Source: Candidatus Iainarchaeum sp.
GTDB taxonomy: Archaea > Iainarchaeota > Iainarchaeia > Iainarchaeales > DTGL01
Assembly: GCA_038886995.1 (NCBI GenBank)
Contig: JAWALG010000008.1
Span: 1-36,536, forward strand
DNA length: 36,536 nt
Reading direction: 5' to 3'
How positions within the stretch are numbered: position 1 is the stretch's first letter; each line of letters starts with the position of its first letter. A model generated the notes under the pieces. The model was not told where the DNA came from. It searched no databases and worked only from the letters and a program-made list of their open reading frames with translations. Shown here piece by piece: positions 1 through 9,481 of the stretch. The position numbers and the translations under genes are program-made.

Positions 1-1332
1 GAGCCAATTGCCTTAACATCAAGAGCGCAAAGGGAAAAAATACTTAAGAAGGCACATTACAACCTATTCAATGTTGCGTCTCAGCATATCTTCATAGACC
101 TACTCACAGATTCAGGCACTGGCGCAATGAGCCAAAACCAATGGGCTGGTATCATGTTAGGCGACGAAGCATACGCAAGCTGCAAGAGCTATTTCAGCTT
201 AAAGAAAGCAATCTCAAAGATTTTTGGCTTTAAGTATTTCCTGCCAACGCACCAAGGCAGGGCTGCTGAGAATGTTCTTTTTTCATCCATAATAAAGCCA
301 GGCATGATTGTGCCTAACAACATGCATTTTGACACAACCCGCGCTAATATAATTGCAAATGGTGGCATTCCATTGAATCTTCCCTGTAAAGAGGCATCCA
401 TGCCTTTTAAGGACTTGCCTTTCAAAGGCAACATGGATACAAAAGCGCTTAGAAAATTTTTGTCAGAAAACCAAGATAAGGTTCCGCTTGTCATGATTAC
501 TGTTACTAACAATTCAGGTGGCGGACAGCCGGTTTCAATGCAGAACATAAGGGAAACGTCAAAAATTGCACATGACTTTGGCAAGCCGTTTTTTATTGAT
601 GCATGCCGCTACGCAGAAAACTCATATTTCATAAAGGTCCGCGAAAAAGGTTACAAGCAAAGATCAACGCTAGAAATTGCGCGAGAAATGTTTTCCTATG
701 CTGATGGTTGCACTTTTAGCGCAAAGAAAGATGCAATTGTAAATATAGGCGGCTTTCTTGCAATGAACGACAAAAAGCTCTTTGAAAAGTGCACTGAGCG
801 CTTGATACTAATGGAGGGCTTCCCAACTTATGGTGGCCTAGCAGGCCGCGACCTTGAAGCAATGGCAATAGGCCTTTTCGAAGGCATTGATGAAGCTTAC
901 CTTGAGAGCAGGGTTGCTCAAACAAAGTTTCTTGCAAAAGGCCTTAAAGATGCAGGCATACCTGTTGTTTGGCCTCCTGGAGGCCATGCTGTTTATGTTG
1001 AAGCAAAGAGTTTTTTCCCACACATTCCGCAAGCGGAGTTTCCCGGGCATGCTCTCGCAGTAGAGCTTTACAGGGAAGCTGGCATAAGGTCATGCGAGAT
1101 AGGGAGCGTGATGTTTGCTGAAAAAGGCCCTGACGGGAAAATGAGGCACCCAAAACTAGAACTTACGCGCCTCGCAATACCAAGGAGGGTTTACACAAAC
1201 GCACATCTTTCCGTCGTTATTGACGCCCATATAAAGATTGCTGAAAGAAAGGAAAAAATCCGCGGCTATGAAATTATCAAGGGCACAGGGCCTCTTAAGC
1301 ACTTCAATGCCTGGTTCAGGCCTTTGAAGTAA
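1..1332 (+). CDS. tnaA: Tryptophanase (tryptophan indole-lyase, PLP-dependent), 5' end outside the window
   Basis: The frame is open from base 1 (EPIALTSRAQRE...IDLLTDSGTGAMS), so the ATG at 127 is internal. It has beta-eliminating lyase motifs HQGRAAE, SAKKD (PLP Lys), EGFPTYGGLAGRD and RLAIPRRVYT. HFDTT and C-terminal LKHF match tryptophanase rather than tyrosine phenol-lyase (YFTTT, LRFF). Confidence 0.92.
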   Translation, partial: EPIALTSRAQREKILKKAHYNLFNVASQHIFIDLLTDSGTGAMSQNQWAGIMLGDEAYASCKSYFSLKKAISKIFGFKYFLPTHQGRAAENVLFSSIIKPGMIVPNNMHFDTTRANIIANGGIPLNLPCKEASMPFKDLPFKGNMDTKALRKFLSENQDKVPLVMITVTNNSGGGQPVSMQNIRETSKIAHDFGKPFFIDACRYAENSYFIKVREKGYKQRSTLEIAREMFSYADGCTFSAKKDAIVNIGGFLAMNDKKLFEKCTERLILMEGFPTYGGLAGRDLEAMAIGLFEGIDEAYLESRVAQTKFLAKGLKDAGIPVVWPPGGHAVYVEAKSFFPHIPQAEFPGHALAVELYREAGIRSCEIGSVMFAEKGPDGKMRHPKLELTRLAIPRRVYTNAHLSVVIDAHIKIAERKEKIRGYEIIKGTGPLKHFNAWFRPLK

Positions 1333-1336
1333 TCAC

Positions 1337-2068
1337 TCATTCATATAGCATGCGAAGCTTTCCAAAGTAGTATGACTTATCCTCTATTGCCCAACATTCA
1401 AATCCACCCAAATCCTGCTGCAGATATGGGCTTAAGGTTTTTTCCCTTAAAACATTGCTTCCTATTGCAACAGAATTCATGCTTGGCATAACAATTAGCT
1501 TCTTTCTAGCATAGGCACCTCGAAGGAAACATTTGTAAAGCTCTGATCTGCCTGATTCTCTTATAGAAACAGCAGGATGCTCATGGGCAATTATAAGCGC
1601 TTTGGCTTTTTCAAATTCAGCACTTTGGCTTATCTCATGGCCGTGGGTGATTAGCATTGACTTTCTTTTTATGTATAATTCGTCTAATATTTGCAGGCCT
1701 TTTAATTCTGCTAACGGACCAAGAATCCTATCATGATTGCCTTTCACAAGCACCAATTCTTTTGCATTCGAGGAAATAAAATCAATCATTGCCATAACCT
1801 CGCGCCACTCCTGCTTGCTTATTTCACCAAATTCGTGCTTAAGGTCCCCGTTTATCACTACAATCTCAGGTTTTGTTTTTTCAAGCATGCCCAAAAGTTT
1901 TTTCTTTATCTCATCAAAGTTAGTCCTTGGAATCATTATGCCCTGCCTATTGTACATTTCCTCTATGCCGAGGTGAAGGTCTGCAACAATTAGCATTTTT
2001 TCAGCTTCAATGAAAAGGCCTAAACCCTCTATTCTAGCACCTTCGATTATTTTAGTATCTTCTTGCAT
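1337..2068 (-). CDS. Calcineurin-like metallophosphoesterase (Lhr/ligase-associated MPE, COG1407 type)
   Basis: Motifs ADLHLG, NGDLKH, KGNHD, THGH and HEHP. ATG at 2068 preferred over TTG at 2074. Confidence 0.9.
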   Translation of the reverse strand: MQEDTKIIEGARIEGLGLFIEAEKMLIVADLHLGIEEMYNRQGIMIPRTNFDEIKKKLLGMLEKTKPEIVVINGDLKHEFGEISKQEWREVMAMIDFISSNAKELVLVKGNHDRILGPLAELKGLQILDELYIKRKSMLITHGHEISQSAEFEKAKALIIAHEHPAVSIRESGRSELYKCFLRGAYARKKLIVMPSMNSVAIGSNVLREKTLSPYLQQDLGGFECWAIEDKSYYFGKLRMLYE

Positions 2069-2165
2069 AACCAAAAAGAAAGGTGGAAATTTTAATATAT
2101 TTAGTTATTATTTGTGGCAATCTTCGAAATTTTTATATCGATAAATTTATATGTAATTTTACTAC

Positions 2166-2864
2166 TTGATATTTGAATCATCCGATTCCCGCGTTGAAAT
2201 TGTCTATGATATGTCTGGTATCTACGAGATGGTCAAAAGTCAGGGCGCTGATACAAGCCAGTTTGATAAAAATATGGCTGACATGTGCAAAAATTTCAAT
2301 GCTGATGGAAAGCTTAGAAACGCTAAGTGTGAGGTTACATCAGATCACAAGTTAATTGCAAGTGGAGAATTCACAATGGCTGAGCATGCTGCTTTCGGCC
2401 CGGCTTTTAAGGTAAACAACTCAATACCTTACATAACATACCAGTTTGATGCAAAATCTATATTCACAGGGATGCCCAGCACTGAAAGCTCTGACACAAA
2501 CTTCTCAGAAGCAAGCTTGAGGCAGCTAAAACAAAGTGCGGGGTTGATGGGCATTACCATGACTTACAATGTTGAAATGCCAGGTCAGATAACAAAAGCA
2601 GAGGTTGGGGAAATTAAAGGGAATGTTGTCAGCATAAACATGTTTGACCTTGTTGACAGGGAACATGCGTACATAGAGTCACAGGAGCTAAATGTGTTTG
2701 CAATTGGAATTGGGCTTATAGTTATTGCTGTGCTGTTACTTGTGGTAATTTTAATAGTCGTTAAAAAGAGTAAAGCTAGCAAAGCACCTTTTCAGCAGCC
2801 AACGCAACAATCACAGCAATATGCCCAGCAGTCATATCAATACCCCTATCAGAATAGGCCCTAA
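2166..2864 (+). CDS. Membrane-anchored surface protein with LppM/DUF3153-like domain; probably N-terminally truncated
   Basis: C-terminal TM helix followed by KKSK and a Gln/Tyr-rich tail. The YNVEMPGQITKAEVGEIKGNVVSIN segment resembles the LppM-like C-terminal strands. It starts at TTG just after an in-frame TAA (2154) and has no signal peptide. Confidence 0.6.
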   Translation: MIFESSDSRVEIVYDMSGIYEMVKSQGADTSQFDKNMADMCKNFNADGKLRNAKCEVTSDHKLIASGEFTMAEHAAFGPAFKVNNSIPYITYQFDAKSIFTGMPSTESSDTNFSEASLRQLKQSAGLMGITMTYNVEMPGQITKAEVGEIKGNVVSINMFDLVDREHAYIESQELNVFAIGIGLIVIAVLLLVVILIVVKKSKASKAPFQQPTQQSQQYAQQSYQYPYQNRP

Positions 2865-2884
2865 CTGCAATGCATGTAAAACAA

Positions 2885-2908
2885 AAGCGCCAGCAAATGC
2901 TGGCGCTT
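2885..2908 (-). terminator. Hairpin between convergent genes; likely terminator of lhr
   Basis: AAGCGCCAGCA-AA-TGCTGGCGCTT is a perfect inverted repeat, followed on the minus strand by a T-rich run (TTGTTTTAC). It lies 45 nt beyond the lhr stop. Confidence 0.65.
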
Positions 2909-2952
2909 CAAAAAAGTTTATAAAATAAGTTTTTAGAAAACTAAATGAAAAA

Positions 2953-5556
2953 CTAAGAACTAACCTCAGCACCAATTTTCCCCATAACCTTTTCGTGCAT
3001 TCTCCTTATGAAATCAATCCTGCTGTCAATTCTCACGAGTTCAGAGCGCCCCATTGCAAATATATTAAACGCAAAAGGGCTAGGATATTGAAGGTCAATT
3101 TTTTCAACTTTTATTGTTCCATTTCTAACCATTTCTATAACTTTTTTTGCATTTTCAAGGTCCATTGCATCTTGCATAACTTCACGCCTTGCTTCGCGCA
3201 ATATGCAAAAGTCAGGGTCTATGCGCCTCACCGAGTTTATCAAAAGCCCTGAGCTCATCTGCTGCTTTGCTACGCTTTTTTCACGCCCCCTATATTGCCT
3301 AAGAATCATTAACGCCCTTGTGGCACAGTGCCTAAAACGCCTTTTTAAGATCTCAGAATCTTCAATTGCCTGTTTAAGCACGACCTCAAGGTCACTTTTC
3401 TGCAATACGCTAAAAGCATTTTCAATAGGCATTTTGCCTCTTGAGCTCATCATTATGAATCCGTTGTCATTTATGCTCAAAGTTATGTCTGCGCTGGTGA
3501 GCTTAGACATAACCCATGCAAGAGCCCTGCTCAGCGCATCATTAACACGCCTGCCAAAAAGCGTGTGGAAAACAACATGGTTTCCTTCATCGTCTTTTAT
3601 CTGTTCTATAAGCAAAAGGCCACCATGTGGTATCTTCGCGTAGCGATGCTGCTGATAAAAGTAATTGTAAATTGTTTCCGCAGTGAAATCGTCGCATTTT
3701 GTGTATTCTTTCACAAATTCAACTATTTCTCCTTTGCTTCGCCCGAATTCAAATTTTTCAGCCATGAGCTTCCTAAACCGCTGTATTTCCATTGCTGAGT
3801 CGAAGTTCAGGGGCAGCATCTCCGAAACCCATGTTGGTATTGTTGGAGGCATTTTCTCTGCACTTTTCACCTGAATTGTCATCCCTCTTGAATAAAGGAA
3901 CATGTATTTCTCTCCACCTAAAGTAAAGACATCGCCTTTATGCATCCTTTCCAAAAAAGCTTCATCAAGATAGCCAATTGTAACATCACCAAGCTTAACC
4001 TTTACTTTAGCTTCATCAGGTATCGTGCCTATATTTGTCATGTATATTACCCTTGCGGTTTTTCCTCTCCGGCCTATGAAGCCAGTTTCTTTATCATACC
4101 AGATTTTTCCATAGACATGCCTAGTTTCCAAAGAGCTATACTCACCAGCAAGGTAGCTTATTACATCATTGAAATCTTTCCTTTCAAGTTCCTTGTAGCA
4201 ATAACTTTTCCTTACAAGCTCAAAGAGGTCATTTATGTGTATGCGCTCTGCAATTGCAATTCCGAAAATATGCTGTGCAAGAACATCTAGGCAGTTTTTT
4301 GGTATGCTTATCCTATCAAGCTTCCTTTCTTTTGCGCATTTAGCCAAGATTGCACATTCAACTAAGTCATCCCTATCAAGGACAAGTATTCGGCCTTTTA
4401 TCACATCATGCAGCCGATGGCCACTCCTGCCTATTCGTTGCAGAGTTCTTGAGATGCTTTTTGGCGAACCAAGCAGAACAACAAGATCAATATAACCTAT
4501 ATCGATGCCGAGTTCAAGCGAAGTGCTGCAAACCACTGCTTTAAGCTTTCCTTGCTTTAATCGGTCCTCTATTGAGAGACGCTTTTCTTTGCTTACTGAA
4601 GAGTGGTGAGCTCCTATGAGGCCTTCATACTTGCCAGGAAACTTCTCTTTTAGGTGATTTACTACGCGCTCAGTTGCCGACCTCGTGTTTGTAAAAACAA
4701 GGGTTGTCTTATGCTGTTGTATTAGCTCATCGAGCTTGGAATATAGCTTTTCGCTTATCTCCTCCTGGCTTACGTTTACTAAGTCCTTTAGCGGGCTTAT
4801 GACTGCTATGTCCAAACTTTTTGGAAAGCTGACATCAACTATCTTGCAGTTCCTCAGCTCTTTTCCATTGTAGCCAACCAAAAATTTTGCAATTTCTTCT
4901 AGTGGTGCAATTGTTGCGCTAAGGCCTATTCTGCATATGTTTTGATTTAAGTGCTGTATTCGCTCCATTGTGAGCGAAAGATGAACACCGCGCTTGTTTT
5001 CTGCAAGTGCATGTATTTCATCAACAATAAGCCACTTCGCTTCCTTTAGGTTTTCCCTGAACTTTGGTGCATTAATCAATATTGCTAAGCTTTCTGGTGT
5101 TGTTATCAGAATGTGTGGTGGTTTTTTCAGCATTGCGCTTCTTTCACTAGCGCTCGTGTCACCAGTTCTCACAGCAACCCTTATGCTAAGGTCTTTGCCT
5201 ACTTTTTTTGCAACCTCATTTATCTCATGCAGCGGCTCATTAAGATTCCTTTCTATATCCCTAGACAGTGCCTTAAGGGGCGAGCAGTATATGCAATAAA
5301 CCTTATCCTCAAGCTCATTCCTTTCAGAAAGTGTGATAAGCTCACTTAGCACAGCGGCAAAAGCTGAAAGTGTTTTTCCAGTACCTGTGGGCGCACTTAT
5401 CAGTGTGTTTTGCAGATAGCATATGTTTTTTATTGCATAGCGCTGTGCCTCAGTAAAACTTCCAAACTTCTTTTTGAACCATTCTGATAGCAATGGGTGA
5501 AGCATTGCAAAAAGCTGCTCATCACTAAGCTTTTCCTTGTCAAACTCAATTGGCAT
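2953..5556 (-). CDS. lhr: ATP-dependent SF2 helicase Lhr (archaeal Lhr-core type)
   Basis: APTGTGKT, SPLKAL, TTPESL, DEIH, LSAT, HHSS, STSLELGIDIG, QRIGRSGH, DVLAQH and C-terminal SPFA motifs; 867 aa. Confidence 0.96.
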   Translation of the reverse strand: MPIEFDKEKLSDEQLFAMLHPLLSEWFKKKFGSFTEAQRYAIKNICYLQNTLISAPTGTGKTLSAFAAVLSELITLSERNELEDKVYCIYCSPLKALSRDIERNLNEPLHEINEVAKKVGKDLSIRVAVRTGDTSASERSAMLKKPPHILITTPESLAILINAPKFRENLKEAKWLIVDEIHALAENKRGVHLSLTMERIQHLNQNICRIGLSATIAPLEEIAKFLVGYNGKELRNCKIVDVSFPKSLDIAVISPLKDLVNVSQEEISEKLYSKLDELIQQHKTTLVFTNTRSATERVVNHLKEKFPGKYEGLIGAHHSSVSKEKRLSIEDRLKQGKLKAVVCSTSLELGIDIGYIDLVVLLGSPKSISRTLQRIGRSGHRLHDVIKGRILVLDRDDLVECAILAKCAKERKLDRISIPKNCLDVLAQHIFGIAIAERIHINDLFELVRKSYCYKELERKDFNDVISYLAGEYSSLETRHVYGKIWYDKETGFIGRRGKTARVIYMTNIGTIPDEAKVKVKLGDVTIGYLDEAFLERMHKGDVFTLGGEKYMFLYSRGMTIQVKSAEKMPPTIPTWVSEMLPLNFDSAMEIQRFRKLMAEKFEFGRSKGEIVEFVKEYTKCDDFTAETIYNYFYQQHRYAKIPHGGLLLIEQIKDDEGNHVVFHTLFGRRVNDALSRALAWVMSKLTSADITLSINDNGFIMMSSRGKMPIENAFSVLQKSDLEVVLKQAIEDSEILKRRFRHCATRALMILRQYRGREKSVAKQQMSSGLLINSVRRIDPDFCILREARREVMQDAMDLENAKKVIEMVRNGTIKVEKIDLQYPSPFAFNIFAMGRSELVRIDSRIDFIRRMHEKVMGKIGAEVSS

Positions 5557-5669
5557 TAACCATCACTTCCCTTTATAATAAAAAAAGCCACTTGCTTTGC
5601 TAGTATTGCCAATAAAATAAGGCGTATTAAGAATAAAAAAGGTGTTATTTCGTTGTTTCTTTTCTACTC

Positions 5670-6722
5670 TTATGAGAGTCCGTAATATATCTGAGTCATT
5701 GGTTTCATCATAATACCAATTAAAAGAACTAAAATAAAAAGGAATACCAGAGCAAGCAAAAATGTTGCAATGCCTGCAATCAACGAATGTTTTTTGTAAA
5801 CAAAGTGTGCTGGCAAGGCAAGCTCCAATATTATCACTGATGCTGCAATCAGCATTAATATTATCATAAGCAGGCCAGTGTAGCTGTAATCAACAAGCTG
5901 GCTTCTCGACAAAGCACCCATGAGAAGTCCGGTAGCATAAGATGTTATTATTACAAGTACCGCGACAGCTAAACTGGTTACGATAACTGCAACAAAGGCG
6001 CTTTTATACGCTTCACCAATGAGCTCTTTTATTGACTGTTGCTGTTGCTCTTCTTCCTTGCCTTTAGTTTTTGGCTGTGATGGCCTTTTTGCAAATCTTT
6101 TTATCGCAAAGAAGGTTGCCCCAAAAATTATTGCAAGAACCAGAATTCCTATTAGTATTTCAGGGAGGTAAAGTGCAATGCCATTATCTGAGTAAGAGCC
6201 CCTTACAGTGAATGATTCATACTGGTCAAGTGAATAAGCTTCTTTTACTAGTCCTTGAGTGTATTCAATGTTGTAATAACTGTCATAGTATCCGTAAGGT
6301 TTTTCTACCATAACCATGAACTGCGTTGCAGTAACTTCTGAAAAGAAGTCCTTTTGGTAATTTACCTCGCTTTTTGCGCCTTTGAGTGAAAATCCGGGTT
6401 GAACATTTACCGCAACCCTAACTTTCTCAGTAAGTATTGCGTCAACATCTATTGCTGTTTTGAACTCAAAATTAAAGTTTCCTAAAAAGTCCTTCTTTGC
6501 AAGCTCTGGCACCTTGTAGAGAATAAATATGCCTATTGAGGATTGTGGTGCAAGCTCTTCAGGAAGGAAAACCTTCACATTGAGGTAGTCGGCGTAGCGT
6601 TCCTTGTTAAAATCTAGCTTCTTGTAATCATAATATTTGCTTCTCTCATAGTAATAATAGTTGTTACCGGGGCCTTGGGCAACATAATATACTAATGCAT
6701 TTGGTGGAAGCTGGAAGCGCAT
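5670..6722 (-). CDS. Multi-pass membrane protein with an N-terminal extracellular-type beta domain; possibly N-terminally truncated
   Basis: About 4 hydrophobic helices in the C-terminal half. The N-terminal domain is Tyr-rich and lacks a signal peptide. Confidence 0.65.
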   Translation of the reverse strand: MRFQLPPNALVYYVAQGPGNNYYYYERSKYYDYKKLDFNKERYADYLNVKVFLPEELAPQSSIGIFILYKVPELAKKDFLGNFNFEFKTAIDVDAILTEKVRVAVNVQPGFSLKGAKSEVNYQKDFFSEVTATQFMVMVEKPYGYYDSYYNIEYTQGLVKEAYSLDQYESFTVRGSYSDNGIALYLPEILIGILVLAIIFGATFFAIKRFAKRPSQPKTKGKEEEQQQQSIKELIGEAYKSAFVAVIVTSLAVAVLVIITSYATGLLMGALSRSQLVDYSYTGLLMIILMLIAASVIILELALPAHFVYKKHSLIAGIATFLLALVFLFILVLLIGIMMKPMTQIYYGLS

Positions 6723-6747
6723 TTCCTTGAAGGCAAAAAGCGAACAA

Positions 6748-7326
6748 TTAGAACTGCTGCGGTAACCCCTCAGTATTTCTTCCTTCCTTTCTCTTATTTA
6801 AAAACACCAAAAGCAGCAAAATAGCAACAATAAAAATTATCACTGCTCCAAAAAGAAGGTAAAAAAAATAGCCATCAGCCTTCTTTTCTTCGATTGCAGT
6901 TTCAATAGGTTTCTCCTTTTTGCTTGGCACCTGTACTGAAAGCACTAATTTGCCATCTGGGTTGTATATATCAATCCTGCTTGCATTTTCAAAGTAAGGA
7001 AGTATCAGAGCAAAGTCGGTTTCTTCTACCTCAACAAATCCAGACACGCCACCGCCAGTATGCTCGGGCGGAAATGGTGGCACAATTTCAGATGTGTGCA
7101 CATAGAAATTGTGGCTATAAAGAACCTTTCCAGCCACGTCTAAAATTACTGCCTTATATGTAGTTGGGCTCCACTCTTCACTTTTTTGTGGATATGCAGT
7201 TGTTTCAACAATGCTTTTAAGCGTGAAATTTCCTTTGCTATAGTGCACACTTATAACATAAACCCTTTGCTGTGCAAAGACAATCCCACAAAACAAAAGC
7301 AAAAACAAAAAAATTGTTTTTTTCAT
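6748..7326 (-). CDS. Secreted single-pass membrane protein, co-transcribed with the M64-like peptidase
   Basis: Signal peptide MKKTIFLFLLLFCGIVFA and a C-terminal TM helix followed by NKRK. It starts 4 nt after the peptidase stop. Confidence 0.8.
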   Translation of the reverse strand: MKKTIFLFLLLFCGIVFAQQRVYVISVHYSKGNFTLKSIVETTAYPQKSEEWSPTTYKAVILDVAGKVLYSHNFYVHTSEIVPPFPPEHTGGGVSGFVEVEETDFALILPYFENASRIDIYNPDGKLVLSVQVPSKKEKPIETAIEEKKADGYFFYLLFGAVIIFIVAILLLLVFLNKRKEGRNTEGLPQQF

Positions 7327-7330
7327 ATCA

Positions 7331-8706
7331 TCATCCCGAAAAATATTTTATTGCCTTTTCAACCATATTTTCAGCTGGTGCGGAAAAGCCACCGAGGACA
7401 TCATACATCATGCTGTTTTTTTCTTTAGCTCTGTACCAGTCGTTTAGGGAGCAGCCCTTAGTGCATTCAATGTTTGTGAAGCTAGACCACTCGCTGCAAT
7501 TACTAGTGCTACAATTCCATGGCACTGAACCACTTTGCATATATGGTGGAATTGGCCTTCCTCTGCTTTGCAGCCACTGTTCTATAGAAGTTGCTGATTC
7601 ATTCTGATTTACTACATACTCATCCACTAGACCAAGAGTATGTGCCAATTCATGGACTGCAACATCCTTCCAAAGTGAGTTGTAAACATTGCCACTATTG
7701 CTAGTATATGTGCCGCAATATGATGCGCTTAGCTGTCCCCAAAACTGTCCTGCACCACCGTATCTGTCTTCTCTGTGCAGCACCAAGGCACGGTCAAAAG
7801 ATGCGCATCTGCTGGCAGCCGTAGTAGCTAAACTCCAGTCACAACGCAAGTATCTATCTATTTGCTGATCATATCTACATCTTAGGCTTGAAGTCACAAA
7901 AACAGCGTAAATGTTTATTTTGCTTTTATTCCTGCTAAAAGGTTCCAGTGAAAAAATATGTAGTGTCAGCTCATTGACCTTGCTAATGAACTCAGCCCTG
8001 TCGTTGAAATTTGAACTCAGTAAAACTATATCAAGCGCGTTGTCCGACTGTGCGTTCTGTGAAATCGTCATACACTCCGTATTTTTGTTGCCTGAAGATG
8101 GCGGTCCTGGCGGTGTATCTTCCTCAGTTACCGTTGGAGCTGGCGGTTGTGTCCCTACAGGGGTTTCAGTTTCTTCAGGTGTTGGCTCTGTTGTTTCAGT
8201 TTGTGTTGGCGTTACAATTACAACAGTTGAGGTTGGCTCCTTTATTGCAACACCTTGGGGTAATCACCTATGCAGACACGCATTTTTACAAGACAACTTT
8301 TAGTCATATCTTGGGGTATGTTGCTGTAAAAAATAAGTTGTGTCTCGCAATTGTTTGTATCCCCTGCCTCAAAATAACCGTAGTTGCAGTCATAGTTAGC
8401 AATTCTCTCTATCGAATAACCTTTGGCTTCGTTTGGGACACAGTTACCCAGCTCAGAGATAAGCACAGCAGTATCATTTTTCTCAAATGCCTTTATGCAA
8501 TTGTCTATCTGATTCCTTAATGTAGTATAATATCTCATTTTGTATATTTGTTCAGTCATTGCACTCTGCCTTATTGCGCCTTGATAATTGAAGTAAATCA
8601 GCATAAGAACTACTGATACCACAAGCACGACCAAAAAAAATGCGGTTATAAGTTCGTTCATTCCGCTCTGATTTGCGATTTTCACTTTTCGGGCAATTTT
8701 CAGCAT
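7331..8706 (-). pseudogene. Membrane-anchored zinc metallopeptidase (M64/IgA-protease-like) split by a 1-nt frameshift near 8257-8260
   Basis: ORF 7331-8071 has the M64-like features DIVLLSS, LEPFSRNKSKINIYAV, YGGAG, HELAHTLGLVDEY and NSMM. Its frame stays open for 64 more codons upstream (Pro/Thr linker) and overlaps the end of ORF 8242-8706, which carries an N-terminal TM helix. One extra C at TACCCCAAG fuses them into 458 aa. Confidence 0.75.
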
Positions 8707-8762
8707 AGCACCACAAATAGAAATGCATTTGTATTTAAATTATTTTTTGTTTGTAATTTTTC

Positions 8763-9467
8763 CTAAATTTTGCCCTCAACCTCTTTTTTCATCTGCCTGA
8801 AGAATTCTTTCATTATTTGCATTCGCTTTTTTGCGAGTTTCTTTGCCTTCTTTGTATAAAGCATTTTTGGTATGTGCTTAAGCTTCAACTCATACTCAAG
8901 GTTGGGTGCATGTTTGCTTATGTCTTTTATGCGTCCGCTTTTCTGGATAGTGTTTTCTTTAATGTACTCACGAAGGTCTACATCTGAATATAACTTTTGG
9001 CCATACTTGCCTCCGAGAGCGAAACACCTTGCAATGCCAACAGCACCAAGCACATCAACTTTGTCAGCATCGTAAAGAATTTTCGCCTCTATTGTTTTTG
9101 GCCTTATAGTGCCTCTCAACCTGTGTGATTCAATGCAATGCGCTATCTTTTCTATTTTTTCTTCTGGGTAACCATTTTCAGCAAGTATTTTTCGCGCCAT
9201 TTGCGCACCTAAAATTGCATGGTCAATTCTGCCACTTTTGTCTGAGTCCTCTTTAACTCTTGCAATATCGTGCAAAATGGCTGCACTCTTTAGAACATCG
9301 AAATCAATTCCTTTTTCACCTTTTGAGAGAAGCAAGCAAAGGTTGTATACACGCATCACATGCTCTATGTTGTGTGCTGAGCAGGCCAATTCTTTTTCAA
9401 CTAATTTCAAAAGCTCATTGTATTTCGGCTCAAGATTATTTGCGTCTTGTATATAAACCACTTCCAC
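8763..9467 (-). CDS. HD-domain metal-dependent phosphohydrolase
   Basis: AHNIEHVMRV, ILHDIAR, DHA, SHR and YDADKVDVLGAVGIAR motifs (COG1418 type). Confidence 0.92.
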   Translation of the reverse strand: MEVVYIQDANNLEPKYNELLKLVEKELACSAHNIEHVMRVYNLCLLLSKGEKGIDFDVLKSAAILHDIARVKEDSDKSGRIDHAILGAQMARKILAENGYPEEKIEKIAHCIESHRLRGTIRPKTIEAKILYDADKVDVLGAVGIARCFALGGKYGQKLYSDVDLREYIKENTIQKSGRIKDISKHAPNLEYELKLKHIPKMLYTKKAKKLAKKRMQIMKEFFRQMKKEVEGKI

Positions 9468-9481
9468 ACACTATAATTACA

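Noticed and set aside
127-1332. Tyrosine phenol-lyase, which would have linked neatly to the poly-Tyr protein
   Set aside because: The diagnostic residues (FDTT, SAKKD, LKHF) are of the tryptophanase type.
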